DNA from: the human T2T-CHM13v2.0 reference genome, Homo sapiens
DNA length: 64,000 nt
Direction: 5' to 3' (one strand)
Assembly: GCF_009914755.1 (NCBI RefSeq)
Contig: NC_060929.1
Below are positions 1 to 18,171 of the stretch, piece after piece (positions within the stretch are counted from its first letter, which is position 1; each line of letters opens with the position of its first letter). The position numbers and the translations under genes are program-made. The notes under the pieces were generated by a model, which worked only from the letters and a program-made list of their open reading frames with translations, was not told where the DNA came from and did not search any database.

Positions 1-125
1 AAACCAAACTAAACCAGACAATAGAAATCCCAATAATCTCATTACACAAAGAAAAGCCCCTATAAGCATTTTGTGTAATCCTCTAATAGTACATTTCTGT
101 TTTCATCTAAAGTACTTTCATTTGA

Positions 126-395
126 GGCTGGGCTCAGTGGCTCACACTTGTATCTCACCACTTTGGGAGGCTGAGGCAGGAGAATCTTAAGGCCAGGAGT
201 TTGAGAACAGCCTGGGCAACATAGTGAGATCCTATCTCTACAAAAAGTAAAAAATTAGCTGGGTGTGATGGTGTGTGCCTGTGGCCTGGCTGTTTAGGAG
301 GATTGCTTGAGTCCAAAAGTTTGAGGCTGCGGTGCATTATGATCACTCCACTACGCTCCAGCCTGGGTGACAGCGAGACCCTGTCTCATAAATTA
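126..395 (+). mobile_element. Alu (old, AluJ-like) in the F2RL1 intron
   Basis: ggctgggctcagtggctcacac start, two-arm structure, ends gagaccctgtctc plus A-rich tail. Confidence 0.9.
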
Positions 396-492
396 AAAAA
401 TGAATAAATGAATGTACTTTCATTTGAACAAACCAGTGTTACTGCTGAAACATTTATTTCTGTAATGACCCTTGTCTTCCTTTCTTGTACAG

Positions 493-1604
493 GAACCAAT
501 AGATCCTCTAAAGGAAGAAGCCTTATTGGTAAGGTTGATGGCACATCCCACGTCACTGGAAAAGGAGTTACAGTTGAAACAGTCTTTTCTGTGGATGAGT
601 TTTCTGCATCTGTCCTCACTGGAAAACTGACCACTGTCTTCCTTCCAATTGTCTACACAATTGTGTTTGTGGTGGGTTTGCCAAGTAACGGCATGGCCCT
701 GTGGGTCTTTCTTTTCCGAACTAAGAAGAAGCACCCTGCTGTGATTTACATGGCCAATCTGGCCTTGGCTGACCTCCTCTCTGTCATCTGGTTCCCCTTG
801 AAGATTGCCTATCACATACATGGCAACAACTGGATTTATGGGGAAGCTCTTTGTAATGTGCTTATTGGCTTTTTCTATGGCAACATGTACTGTTCCATTC
901 TCTTCATGACCTGCCTCAGTGTGCAGAGGTATTGGGTCATCGTGAACCCCATGGGGCACTCCAGGAAGAAGGCAAACATTGCCATTGGCATCTCCCTGGC
1001 AATATGGCTGCTGATTCTGCTGGTCACCATCCCTTTGTATGTCGTGAAGCAGACCATCTTCATTCCTGCCCTGAACATCACGACCTGTCATGATGTTTTG
1101 CCTGAGCAGCTCTTGGTGGGAGACATGTTCAATTACTTCCTCTCTCTGGCCATTGGGGTCTTTCTGTTCCCAGCCTTCCTCACAGCCTCTGCCTATGTGC
1201 TGATGATCAGAATGCTGCGATCTTCTGCCATGGATGAAAACTCAGAGAAGAAAAGGAAGAGGGCCATCAAACTCATTGTCACTGTCCTGGCCATGTACCT
1301 GATCTGCTTCACTCCTAGTAACCTTCTGCTTGTGGTGCATTATTTTCTGATTAAGAGCCAGGGCCAGAGCCATGTCTATGCCCTGTACATTGTAGCCCTC
1401 TGCCTCTCTACCCTTAACAGCTGCATCGACCCCTTTGTCTATTACTTTGTTTCACATGATTTCAGGGATCATGCAAAGAACGCTCTCCTTTGCCGAAGTG
1501 TCCGCACTGTAAAGCAGATGCAAGTATCCCTCACCTCAAAGAAACACTCCAGGAAATCCAGCTCTTACTCTTCAAGTTCAACCACTGTTAAGACCTCCTA
1601 TTGA
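493..1604 (+). CDS. F2RL1: Protease-activated receptor 2 (PAR2), coding part of exon 2; signal-peptide exon 1 lies upstream of the window
   Basis: Polypyrimidine tract plus AG acceptor (cttgtcttcctttcttgtacAG, 491-492). Translation reads GTNRSSKGR/SLIGKV, the trypsin site and tethered ligand (SLIGKV at 519-536). Seven hydrophobic TM segments, QRY and DPFVY motif variants, C-terminus SSSSTTVKTSY, TGA at 1602-1604. Confidence 0.99.
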
Positions 1605-1930
1605 GTTTTCCAGGTCCTCAGATGGGAATTGCACAGTAGGATGTGGAACCTGTTTAATGTTATGAGGACGTGTCTGTTATTTCCTAATCAAAAAGGTCTC
1701 ACCACATACCATGTGGATGCAGCACCTCTCAGGATTGCTAGGAGCTCCCCTGTTTGCATGAGAAAAGTAGTCCCCCAAATTAACATCAGTGTCTGTTTCA
1801 GAATCTCTCTACTCAGATGACCCCAGAAACTGAACCAACAGAAGCAGACTTTTCAGAAGATGGTGAAGACAGAAACCCAGTAACTTGCAAAAAGTAGACT
1901 TGGTGTGAAGACTCACTTCTCAGCTGAAAT

Positions 1931-1957
1931 TATATATATACACATATATATATATAT
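1931..1957. repeat. (TA)n microsatellite in the F2RL1 3' UTR
   Basis: tatatatatacacatatatatatatat read directly. Confidence 0.9.
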
Positions 1958-2168
1958 TTTACATCTGGGATCATGATAGACTTGTTAGGGCTTCAAGGCC
2001 CTCAGAGATGATCAGTCCAACTGAACGACCTTACAAATGAGGAAACCAAGATAAATGAGCTGCCAGAATCAGGTTTCCAATCAACAGCAGTGAGTTGGGA
2101 TTGGACAGTAGAATTTCAATGTCCAGTGAGTGAGGTTCTTGTACCACTTCATCAAAATCATGGATCTT

Positions 2169-2452
2169 GGCTGGGTGCGGTGCCTCATGCCTGTAATCCT
2201 AGCACTTTGGGAGGCTGAGGCAGGCAATCACTTGAGGTCAGGAGTTCGAGACCAGCCTGGCCATCATGGCGAAACCTCATCTCTACTAAAAATACAAAAG
2301 TTAACCAGGTGTGTGGTGCACGTTTGTAATCCCAGTTACTCAGGAGGCTGAGGCACAAGAATTGAGTATCACTTTAACTCAGGAGGCAGAGGTTGCAGTG
2401 AGCCGAGATTGCACCACTGCACTCCAGCTTGGGTGATAAAATAAAATAAAAT
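2169..2452 (+). mobile_element. AluS in the F2RL1 3' UTR
   Basis: Alu consensus from ggctgggtgcggtg; 3' end truncated into a (TAAAA)n tail. Confidence 0.92.
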
Positions 2453-3235
2453 AGTCGTGAATCTTGTTCAAAATGCAGATTCCTCAGATTCAATAATGAG
2501 AGCTCAGACTGGGAACAGGGCCCAGGAATCTGTGTGGTACAAACCTGCATGGTGTTTATGCACACAGAGATTTGAGAACCATTGTTCTGAATGCTGCTTC
2601 CATTTGACAAAGTGCCGTGATAATTTTTGAAAAGAGAAGCAAACAATGGTGTCTCTTTTATGTTCAGCTTATAATGAAATCTGTTTGTTGACTTATTAGG
2701 ACTTTGAATTATTTCTTTATTAACCCTCTGAGTTTTTGTATGTATTATTATTAAAGAAAAATGCAATCAGGATTTTAAACATGTAAATACAAATTTTGTA
2801 TAACTTTTGATGACTTCAGTGAAATTTTCAGGTAGTCTGAGTAATAGATTGTTTTGCCACTTAGAATAGCATTTGCCACTTAGTATTTTAAAAAATAATT
2901 GTTGGAGTATTTATTGTCAGTTTTGTTCACTTGTTATCTAATACAAAATTATAAAGCCTTCAGAGGGTTTGGACCACATCTCTTTGGAAAATAGTTTGCA
3001 ACATATTTAAGAGATACTTGATGCCAAAATGACTTTATACAACGATTGTATTTGTGACTTTTAAAAATAATTATTTTATTGTGTAATTGATTTATAAATA
3101 ACAAAATTTTTTTTACAACTTATTTCTGAGTTGTGCGTTTGTTTTGAGGGAAGGAGTGAGAGAAGGCAGGCAACAGCTTCACCCCTCTAAAAGTGGACAC
3201 TCACACCAAACTCTGTGACAACGGTTTTTCATTTA

Positions 3236-3549
<314 letters not shown>

Positions 3550-4705
3550 TTAGAATTCTTTCTATACCTGCATCTGTAGGTTGACCGCTTTTCAAGGATA
3601 CAGGCTATTTAACATTTTGGGTATATTGTGATGTATTTAATTAATTCCCTACCAACGGCTCCTTAGGTTGTCATCCCCCCACCCTTCTTTTTTTGACTTT
3701 TAAAACAGTGCTGCACCCAGAAGTCCAGAGTCGCTGACAGGTCCTCTGTTATCTAGGTGTTCTCTTCAAGATTCCATTTGGTCATGCAGCCTTGGAGAAA
3801 TAGGAATGGGATGGAACTTGCCGTGTTTATATTTAATCTCTTACCTTATATGCGTAGTGTTTCTTTTGAGTTGCGCATAAATATTCCATTTTTGTTTTCT
3901 ACAAAAAAAAAAAAAAGTGCTGTATCAAATATCTGTATACAGACATCTGTGAGCATATTTTTTGAGGATAAGTTTCTAGAAGTAGAATGGCCAGCTCAAA
4001 AGTTAGATGCTCATTTTAGGTTTTGATAAGTCTTGCCAAATTGTCTTCAGTAATGTATATTTCTACCAAAATGGTATATTTGCACCTGTTTCCTGAAATG
4101 CTCATCCACATTCCATGCTATCAATCTTTGGTTTCCCAATCTTATTGTTGTTTTACTGAAGAAGCAGCACAGCCTGGTGGCTAAGAGTGCAGGTCCTGGG
4201 CTGTGCTGAATTCTGACTCCATCACTGCTTACATTAGGGATGTTTTTATTACCTCAAGAAGTAAGAAAAAAAATGCGACTCATTTGTCAAATGGGGATAG
4301 TAGTATCTCAGTTTCCTCACTTGTAAAATTAGGATAATAGTATCTTCCTCATAAAGTTATGAGAATAAAATTATTTGGCACGTTTATGTGGTCACAAATA
4401 TTAAATAATATTATTATTATGCTCTGTGGACAAGACCTGTTTTCTGCTCTGCCCCCTTTCACTTCAGTGTCACTGCTTTCTTTGCCTGTTCTGCTTTGAG
4501 TCTGATTGCAGGCCTGTGAAGTTGTCCCCGTTTGTCAGGTGAGAAATGAGAAAATGGTGGGAACAGGATAAAAGGGAGCAGGAACAAATGGCTCACAGAG
4601 CCCCGAAGGCCATCTGTAGCTGACCTCCACCTCAGTGGAGAACATTTTTTTGGTGTTTGTCATTTCTTGGTTTTTTTTTTTTTTTTTTTTTTTTCTGGTG
4701 GGGGG

Positions 4706-5002
4706 TGGACAGGGTGTCGGTCTATTACCCAGGCTGGAGTGCAGTGGCTATTTCCACGTGTGATTCCACTACTGATCACTATGGGAGTTTTTCCTGCTGC
4801 ATTTCCCTCCTGGGCTGGTTCACCCCTTCTTAGGCAACCTGGTGGTCCCCTTCTCCTTGGAGGTTACCATATTAATGCTGAACTTAGTGCAGACAATGAT
4901 CAGCATAGCCCACTACAGCCTCACACTCCTGGATTCAAGTCATCCTCCTGCTTCAGCCTCCGTATTAGCTCGGGCCTACAGGAACATGCCAACACTCCTG
5001 GC
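4706..5002 (-). pseudogene. RN7SL208P: 7SL (SRP RNA) processed pseudogene, full length
   Basis: The reverse complement contains the 7SL S-domain that Alu lacks (ctgcactaagttcagcattaatatggtaacctcc...ggaccaccaggttgcctaagaaggggtgaaccagccc), flanked by Alu-domain ends. Poly(T) at 4668-4694 is the poly(A) tail. The 7SL identity is solid; the pseudogene number is from memory of the locus and less certain. Confidence 0.88.
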
Positions 5003-5170
5003 TATAGTCTTTTTTTTTCTTTTTGTAACTATGCAAATCTCTTTTTTGTGGCTATACTTTAAGAATAAATGTGTATGAATGTGTGTACATACATATATAC
5101 TTTAACTTCTAAATCAGTTTATATAAATTGTCCTCATAATTTTTTTAACTCATTCACTGTTTCTCATTAA

Positions 5171-5326
<156 letters not shown>

Positions 5327-5370
5327 TAATGACCAGGTAGTATTTCATGTATGAATGACCCAACATTTAG

Positions 5371-6180
<810 letters not shown>

Positions 6181-7114
6181 TAGGCTCCTGATTGGAAGCA
6201 TGAGGAACTCTGGCCCTAGCGGAGTAGTACCTTGGATGTGGTTGTCTTTGCTCTTGTGTTATATGTCATACTGTGGTCTAATTTCTCTAAACTGAGTCCT
6301 AAAATGTCTGAAAATGTAAATACTTTGAACTCCACAGGCTTATGTACTAACAGTGAGGCCTCTTAATTTGAAAGTGAACGAAGATTTGCAGTCCTGATGC
6401 TCAGGACAAAGGCCAGTGCTAAACTGACTCGGCTGGAGTTGTTTTATGGGCTTTTTCCTAACGTGTCACCTCAGTGGTTTGCAGCAGGAGTTTCAAACCT
6501 GTAATTAATTTCCTGGTTATCAAGGTTTCATAAACTTTAGGGCTATAATCTCATCAGTATGCATAGTTTAGTGATTACAACTTTGTTCCTGAAACATTAA
6601 CCCTTTGGAGGCCCCTGAGAGGACTATAATTTATTGCAGAATCAAAGGTAGTACTTGCTGTCCTCCGGATCTTGATTAAAATGATAAGTTTTTGCTTGGG
6701 TGTTTAGATGTCTTCTCAAAAAGAAGTTTCTGATGTGGCCAGTCCTTTCCTGACCCGCAGTTCTGAAGACAAAAACCAAGCCCTTAGTGATCAGGGATCT
6801 AGCCCTACATTTTATTCAAGCCTTGGAACTTCACTGAGATGATTGTCCCACTTAAATGTCAACAATTAGAGTGACTCAGACCAACCTTGGAATGCCTCTC
6901 TGGAGGGACAGTTTGAAATATTCCGTGATTTGAGTATGAACTGCTCTTGCCTCTACCAGTGGGTCAATCTATGGACTGTTTCCCAGCCTTTGTCTTTATT
7001 GGTGAGAAATTAAGCCTGACCAGAGTTACAGACAACCTCCGGTAAAAACCACAGCCCAAGCCTGCGGGCCCATCAAGAACCCAGCAGCAGTGTGAGTGGT
7101 TCATTCCTTCATCC

Positions 7115-8354
<1,240 letters not shown>

Positions 8355-9082
8355 ATTCCACAAACATTCATTGCAACATTACTGCATTATTAAATGCAAA
8401 TAATTAAATTAGGATTTCCACCTTAACAGCTATCCAGTTGAGGGGTTGATGTTCTCTCAGTGGAATACATCAATATTTAAAAAAAAAAACACAAACCCCA
8501 GAAACCTAACCCTCCAGTATATGGGCTTCTCAAAAGCCTTTAAAGCATAGCTTATTCCAGAGCTAGATCCTGAGACAGGCAGAAAGTCAAAGTAAATGTG
8601 AAGGACAAGAAGTTTCCAGAAGGGCCACTACTATGGCTTACCCCCCTAACCACTGCTTTGTTTACACCATTGCTTGAGCCCAGCAGTTCAAGGCTGCAGT
8701 GAGCCACGAAGCCATGATCACACTAGTGAGTAGCTACTACACCCCACCCTGAGGAACATAGTGAGACCTCATCTCTAAAAAATGAAAAATAAATAAAAAG
8801 AAGAAGAACTGAATAGAATAGAATAGATGGCAAATAGGCATATTGAAACATAAAAGATGCTTAGCCTTAGTCATTAGAAAAATGCAAATTAAAAAACCCA
8901 TACCTATTGAGTAGCTAAAATAAATAAGTAAATCTGAGAGTATAAGTATATAATGAGAAATGAACACCCTCCCTACCCACCACATGGGAACCCGTTTATA
9001 CGCCCTCTGTATATTCTTTGAGATGTTTTTATGCATGTATAAACATGTATACATGCTTTTTAAAAATAAAAGGAGTTACACC

Positions 9083-9600
9083 ATGTATTAGTTAAATTAC
9101 ACATAAATTACCTCAAAATTTAGTGTCTTAAGACAGTCATAAACATTTACTAACTTTCACAGTTTCTGTGGGTTATGAATTCAGGAGCAGTTTAGCCCAA
9201 TGGTTCTGGCTTAGGATCTCATGAGGTACCAGGTAAGATACTGGCTGGAGCTGCTGCTAGCTGAAGATGTGACGGGGGCTGGAGGATCCTCCACAGGGCT
9301 GGCATGTTGGTGGCAGAAAGCTTCAGTTCCCCTCCACGTGGGCCTCTTCACAGGGCTGTTGGACTGACCTCATAACATGAAGATTGGTGTTCCCCAAAAT
9401 GAGTGATCCATGAGAACAAGGGGAAAGCCACAATGCCTTTCATTACTTAGCTTCAGAGGTCACACACCATCACCTCCACCATGCTAGCTCCAATTGCTTG
9501 GTCAGACAAGCTAGCTCCAATTCAATCTGGGAGAAGACTACCTAGCATAAACACCAGGAGGCGAGGATCACTGGGGATTACATGGGAGGCTGGTTTCTGC
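9083..9600 (-). mobile_element. MLT1-family MaLR LTR
   Basis: Motifs cacagtttctgtgggttatgaattcaggagcagtttagc and ggggctggaggatcc are typical of MLT1F-H; boundaries approximate. Confidence 0.65.
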
Positions 9601-10301
9601 ATTATATACGTGAACACATCTTGGATATGATTGCCATGTTAGCATTTACAGATTGACCTCATTATTTTAAATGGCTATCTCCATGTGCACATATACCATA
9701 ATTTATGGAATCCAGCTTATGCTATACTTATATTGCTATATAAATAATATTTGAGTGGAAATCTGTACATACTTGTTAATTCAATATTCTTCCACCACGC
9801 ACTATGTGCCAAGTCATCTTCTAGGCAGTAAGGAATATTGTGGAGAACAAAATAGACAAGAACTCTATTCTCATGGAGTTTACTTTCTGATTGGAGAAAG
9901 ACTGAAAACAAAACAAAATATCCAATAGTAGTAAATGCTAAGAGTATTTTATATTGGGAGATCAGGGAAGGTTTCTAAGGAGGTGAAATTTAAGTGGCAA
10001 TGTAAAGGGCAGGAGAGCCAGCCATGGGAGGATCCCAAGCAAGGGCTTTATGGGAATGAGTAAGGGAAGGAAGAGTATGAGCAAGTAGGCTGGAGAGAGG
10101 CAAGAGCTTGATAACTGAAGGGAACTGTAAGGGAGTAAGGAGCTTGATTTTCTTTCTACATGGGATGCCATAGGTTTGTTTTACTGCCCATTTAAAAAAT
10201 CACTGGTGGCCGGGCGCGGTGGCTCACGCCTTTAATCCCAGCACTTTGGGAGGCCAAGGCAGGCGGATCACGAGGTCAGGAGTTCAAGACCTGCCTGATC
10301 A

Positions 10302-10528
<227 letters not shown>

Positions 10529-10907
10529 TTATAGAAGGACAAGATGAGAAAGCAAGAACAATTTGGAGTAATCCAAGCAAGAGGTGATGTTGGCTTGAAT
10601 TAGGGTGGTGCTAACAGAGAGGGAGAGAAGAAGCCTAAAGTCAACAGATGTGAAAAGAAGAGGAATCAAAGCTTGTGCCTAGAGTTTCTGCTTGATGGAT
10701 AATGGTGAAATAATTAGGAGTGAGCATGTTTGGAGGTTGAAAGTTAAGAGTTCTGTTTTGACCATGGCATCTTGAGATTGAGATGCCTGTTAGACATCCA
10801 AGCAGCATTGTTGAGTAGGAGGTTGGGTGCGGTGGCTTACACCTGTAATCCTAGCACTTTGGGAGGCTGAGGTGGGAGGATCATGTGAGCTCAAGAGTTT
10901 GAGATCA

Positions 10908-11127
<220 letters not shown>

Positions 11128-11130
11128 CTA

Positions 11131-11978
<848 letters not shown>

Positions 11979-12970
11979 CCTAGTGGAGAGAATATAGATG
12001 AAGAAAAGAGGGCCCTGGACAGAGGCCTTCAGCATGTAGACTCTTTTGAGCAGAGGAAGGGCCAGTAAGAGACACTGAGAAGGACCAGCCACTATGGCAA
12101 GAAGAAAGTCCAGCAAATATGCTGTCAGGAAAGCCAAGGGCATAAAGGACAGAGTAATCAATCATGGTGAAAATTACTAAGAAGCCAAGTGAGATATGAA
12201 CAGAGGAGTGACTACCTGAGCTTGCCCTTGGAGAATGTTGGTGACCTTGGCAAGACCACCCTCTCAGTGATGTGATGGGGAAAGGAAGCCAGAATAGTGT
12301 GTTCAAGAAAGAATTAGAAGGAAGGAAGTCCACACAATGACAGTGACAATCCCTTACAGCAATTTTAATTGTGAAAGGGAGCAGGGGAATGCGGAGGCAA
12401 GAAAGGCAATGAGAGTCATTCAGCAGAGAGGGAGACAGTGTGTCTTTGCATGTATTGTATTTCTATAAGTGAAGGTGGAAGGATCTCTTGAGCCCAGGAG
12501 TTCAAGGCCAGCCTGGGCAATGTGGCAAGACCCTATCGCACAATAACAACAACAAAAGTAGCCAGGGGAGGTGCTGTAAACATATTGTCTCAGCTACTTG
12601 GGAGGCTGAGGCAGGACGATCGCTTGAGCCCAGGAGTTAAAGGCTGTAGTGAGCTGTGATTGCACCACTGCACTCCAGCCTGGGCAACAGAGAGAGACTC
12701 TGTCCAAAAATAAAAATAAAAAAATAAGAAGTGGAACTTCTGGGTCAAAGGATACATGTAATTTTGATTGTGGTAAGTTGCCCTCCTAAGGTGTTGCACC
12801 AGTTACACACTTGCCAAAAATGTGTGTCTGTTTATCTAGAGTGTTGTAAACACCACATTTTCATGGTCTTTTATTTGCCAGTCTGAACTTCACAAATTTT
12901 GAGTGTAATGATAATGCAGGACCATAAGCATCTAGGAAGAAATAGAGCTTTGCTTTCTTCCTTTATTTAC

Positions 12971-13515
12971 TGTTGGGAACAGGTCCCCCAAAATCTGGCC
13001 ATAAACTGGCTCCAAAACTGGCCATAAACAAAATCTCTGCAGCACTGTGACATGTTCATGCTGGCCATAACGCCCACGATGGAAGGTTGTGAGTTTACTG
13101 GAATGAGTGCAAGGAACACCTGGCCCTCCCAGGGCGGAAAACTGCTTAAAGGCGTTCTTAAACCACAAACAATAGCCTGAGCGATCAGTGCCTTAAGGAC
13201 ATGCTCCTGCTGCAGATAACTAGCCAGACCCACCCCTTTATTTCAGCCCATCCCTTCGTGTCCCATAAGGGATACTTTTAGTTAATCCCATTTCCCATAA
13301 GGGATACTTTTAGTTAATCGAATATCTATAGAAACAATGTTAATGACTGGCTTGCTGTTAATAAATACGTGGGTAAATCTCTGTTCGGGGCTCTCAGCTC
13401 TGAAGGCTGTGAGACCCCTGATTTCCCACTTCACACCTCTATATTTCTGTGTGTGTGTCTTTAATTCCTCTAGTGCCACTGGGTTAGGGTCTCCTTGACT
13501 GAGCTGGTCTCGGCA
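12971..13515 (+). mobile_element. MER9 (HERV-K HML-3) solo LTR
   Basis: TGTTGGGAACAGG...CTCGGCA termini with a perfect 6-bp TSD ATTTAC (betaretrovirus-type). AATAAA near 13360. Internal 27-bp tandem duplication (13261-13287 and 13293-13319). Confidence 0.9.
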
Positions 13516-14212
13516 ATTTACTTTGTATTTTAGGCATATTTTCCCCCTGCTATTCCTCACCACCAAGGCAGTGACCCTCAAAAGGTACGGCCTTGCGGGA
13601 AGTTGGTCCCATTTCTCTTTGTATTAGCTCTGAGAGGAAACCTAAGCTATTCTTCTAGGTGGGCTGCAGAAAACTTCTGTGCCGTGTGGAACATCCTTTG
13701 CTCTGATGAGTTTTCTATCATTCTTTTTTGGAGAACATGAGGGCATGGCAGCAGCCGCTACAGCAGGAGCCTGGAGTCCCAGCTCTGGGCCCTAGCCAGC
13801 TCACCTGCATATGAGGGATTAACTCTCAACACTGCTGGATCTGGCTCAGGTCTGAGTTCCTCACCTCAGCTCCACCATGTAGCCTGGGGTGAATGGCAAA
13901 CCCATGGAAAGCGTTTAATTATAGCTTCTATGTACCATCGGGTAGACTCAATTACCTAATCCCGAGAAAGCAGTTTTAGCCAAGCCTTATGTTGTGAACT
14001 CTTTCAGAGGCCACCTGGGCTCTTGCAGGGGAACTGTGTCTAGTTCTTACCAGTGGAAGTCAGACTTTTTTCTTTAACCAGAGATTTGTGTAAATGGGAG
14101 ACTTTGTTAAAAATATAACAGATTTATCAGAATTTATGGCTTAAAAAATTGCAGCACAGGGAGGGAAATGATGGTGTTTATTCTAGTGACCATTTCTGTC
14201 CATTAAAACTGA

Positions 14213-14875
<663 letters not shown>

Positions 14876-15972
14876 TAAAAACTTTATTATGGAGGATTTT
14901 ATACCCATACAGAATTAGGATTGTATAGGGAAACTCTATGTCTCCATCACTCAGGCCCAATATCCATCAACCTTTGGTCAATTCTGCCCCATCCTCCTCC
15001 CCATCCCCTGTTTATTCTGAAGCAAATCTCAGGAATCATATTATTTCACTCGTAAATGTTTCAGTGTCTAAGACAAGAAATTTAAAAATCATACCTCAAA
15101 AAATTTCTTAATATCAGATATCCTGTCAGTGTTCAAATTTCTACTCATCTCAATTATCATAAGTGGTTTCTTTTTTTAAAAAATCAGAATCTAAATAAAG
15201 CTCAGACATTGCAATTGGTTGATGACTTTTAAATCTCTTAATTTATCTCCACCCTCACCACTTGCTACTTACTTGTTGAAGAAACCAGGTTGTTTGTAGA
15301 TTTTCCCCATAGTCTGGATTTTGCTGATTGCATCCAGAACTGGAAAGTGTGAAAGCATATTAGAGGAAATGAAAAGGCTCTGCCGATCGAGAACTCTGGT
15401 TATACAACTGTTCACAAGCACTTAGCAGGAACAACGAGGAATGCTAAAATTCTTATCACTGTGCCCTCTTATGTGGTGCCTGCCTCATGGTGATCTTAAT
15501 GTTCTCCTAAAGATAGGGAAGAACAGGACCCTAGACCACAGTCTTGTGCTTGGGAGCTACACTTGGACAGGAATCACCACCCAAAACTGGCAATGCAGAC
15601 AGATTACATGTGTTTTCTTCCGCAGATTTGTTCTGATCTCCCCAGACATCCGTCATTCTATAATCCTACAGTTTGGACCTTCTTAGTTTTCACTTTCAGG
15701 TGGGAAAGACTAGTAATTAATTAATTAATTAATTAATGCTTTTATAGAGACAGGGTCTGGCTCTGTCACCTAGGCTGGAGAGTAGTGGTTGCAATCACAG
15801 CTCACTGCAGCCTCAAACTCCTGGGCTGAAGTGATACTCTCAACCCCAGCCTCCTGAGTAGCTGGAACCACAGGTGTGCACCACCATGCCCAGCTAATTT
15901 TTAAAAAAAAATTTGTAGAGATGGTGTCTCCCTATGTTGCCCAGGCTGTGTTGAACTCTTGGGCTCAAGTGA

Positions 15973-16429
<457 letters not shown>

Positions 16430-16664
16430 TAGCTATTTGGGAGGCTGAAGTGGGAGGATCACTTGAGCCTGGGAGGTTGAGGTTGCAGAGAGCTGTGATT
16501 GTGTCTCTGTACTCTACCCTAGGCAATGGAGCAAGACTCTGTCTCCAAAAAAAAAAAAAAAAAATTTATCTTTGAATTCTTTCTTTCAATATATTGTTAT
16601 CTGTATTTCTGTACTGAGTGCTGTGCTTCTTGACCTGTCTCTGCCCTTTTCTGTGTATTTATTT

Positions 16665-17055
<391 letters not shown>

Positions 17056-17754
17056 TTAGTGGTGGGCGCTTGTAATCTCAGCTACTTGGGAGGCTGAGGC
17101 AGAAGCTTGAACCAGGGAGGTGGAGGTTGCAGTGAGCTGAGATGATGCCACTGCACTCCAGCCTGGGTGACAGAGCAAGACTCTGTCTCAAAAAAAAAAA
17201 AGAAAAAAAGAAATGCTGTGAGGAATTATTAGCCATGAAGCTTCAGCAGGCAGGTTAGGTAGCTTTTCCAGTCACATACTGGTGAAGTAAGGATTTGAAC
17301 CCCAAGACTCTGGTGCCAGAGTAATTGCTCTTCACCATGAGGAGGCACCAGTGGGGGAGTGTTGGATCACAAGCAGTTTCTTTTTCTTTTTTTTTTGTTT
17401 TTTTGAGACGGAATCTGGCTCTGTCACCTAGTCTGGAGGGCAGCGGCGAGCTCAGCTCACTACAACCTCTGCCTCTCAGGTTCAAGCGTTCTCCTGCTTC
17501 AGCCTCACGAGTAGCTGGAATTACAGGCGCCCGCCACCATGCCTGGCTAATTTTTATATTTTTAGTAGAGATGGGGTTTCGCCACGTTGACCAGGCTGGT
17601 CTCAAACTCCTGACCGCAAGTGATCCACCCACCTCAGCCTCTCAAAGTGCTGGGATTAGAGGCATGAGCCACTGCACCCAGCGCAATTTCGTTAGAGACT
17701 TGGTGCCTTCCCATTTCTTTTACTCAGCAATATACCAGCTTTAGGTCCTAAATT

Positions 17755-17820
17755 AAACCTCTTCCTGCTTTCCCACCTGATGAAGAAACGTGCCTGCAGT
17801 GTGGTGAGTCTGGACCACGC
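17755..17820 (+). promoter_or_regulatory. S100Z: Probable distal S100Z promoter (TATA-less, myeloid-type motifs)
   Basis: Unique sequence island between Alus, with ETS CTTCCTG (17761) and RUNX TGTGGT (17800-17805). GATA (CTTATCT, 17929-17935) and ETS CAGGAAG (17944) lie just downstream. Position agrees with my recollection of the S100Z gene start. Confidence 0.55.
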
Positions 17821-17960
17821 AGACTCAGAACAGCACTACTCACAGCAGGGCCTCTTGCTCGCTCTAGCTGCTGGGAGGAAAACGGCTTGCTAATCTCCAC
17901 GCCCAGAAATTCAGACAAGAGCATTCTCCTTATCTCATCTGCACAGGAAGCAGGTCTAAG
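17819..17960 (+). other. S100Z: Probable S100Z non-coding exon 1 (5' end approximate)
   Basis: ATG-free unique segment ending at donor AAG|GTAAAA (17960/17961); consistent with the recalled gene structure. Confidence 0.6.
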
Positions 17961-18139
17961 GTAAAAGATTATTTTTGTGGAAGATTCTTGCTTTTCAGTC
18001 TAGTGGTTGAAGTGTGAGCCTGGCAGGCGTTGGATTAGAGAGGGCAACAAGAGTGGAGGTTGTGAGGTGGGGGGTTGCCTTGGGGCTTCCACTCTAAAAT
18101 GTGGCCTTACCTTGGCCACAAAGGGGTCGGGGGGGTGGG

Positions 18140-18140
18140 G

Positions 18141-18171
<31 letters not shown>
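18140..18171. repeat. (GA)n microsatellite after a G-rich tract
   Basis: gagagagagagagagagagagagggagaga read directly. Confidence 0.85.

Larger units (their letters stand above)
1605..3122 (+). other. F2RL1: F2RL1 3' UTR (approximate end), containing a (TA)n tract, a sense Alu, a MER5-like fragment and an AU-rich distal part
   Basis: Follows the stop codon. Very AT-rich at 2690-3120, with variant poly(A) hexamer TATAAA at 3093-3098 and a GT-rich downstream element (ttgtgcgtttgttttg, 3131-3146). The exact cleavage site is inferred. Confidence 0.8.

Noticed and set aside
408-492. N-terminal 28 aa of the 398-aa ORF
   Set aside because: Intronic read-through upstream of the AG acceptor; the real PAR2 N-terminus comes from exon 1 outside the window.
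420-1091. 223-aa antisense ORF
   Set aside because: Shadow of the F2RL1 CDS; no recognisable domain or gene signals.
15714-15737. (TTAA)n perfect palindrome
   Set aside because: Microsatellite derived from an Alu tail.
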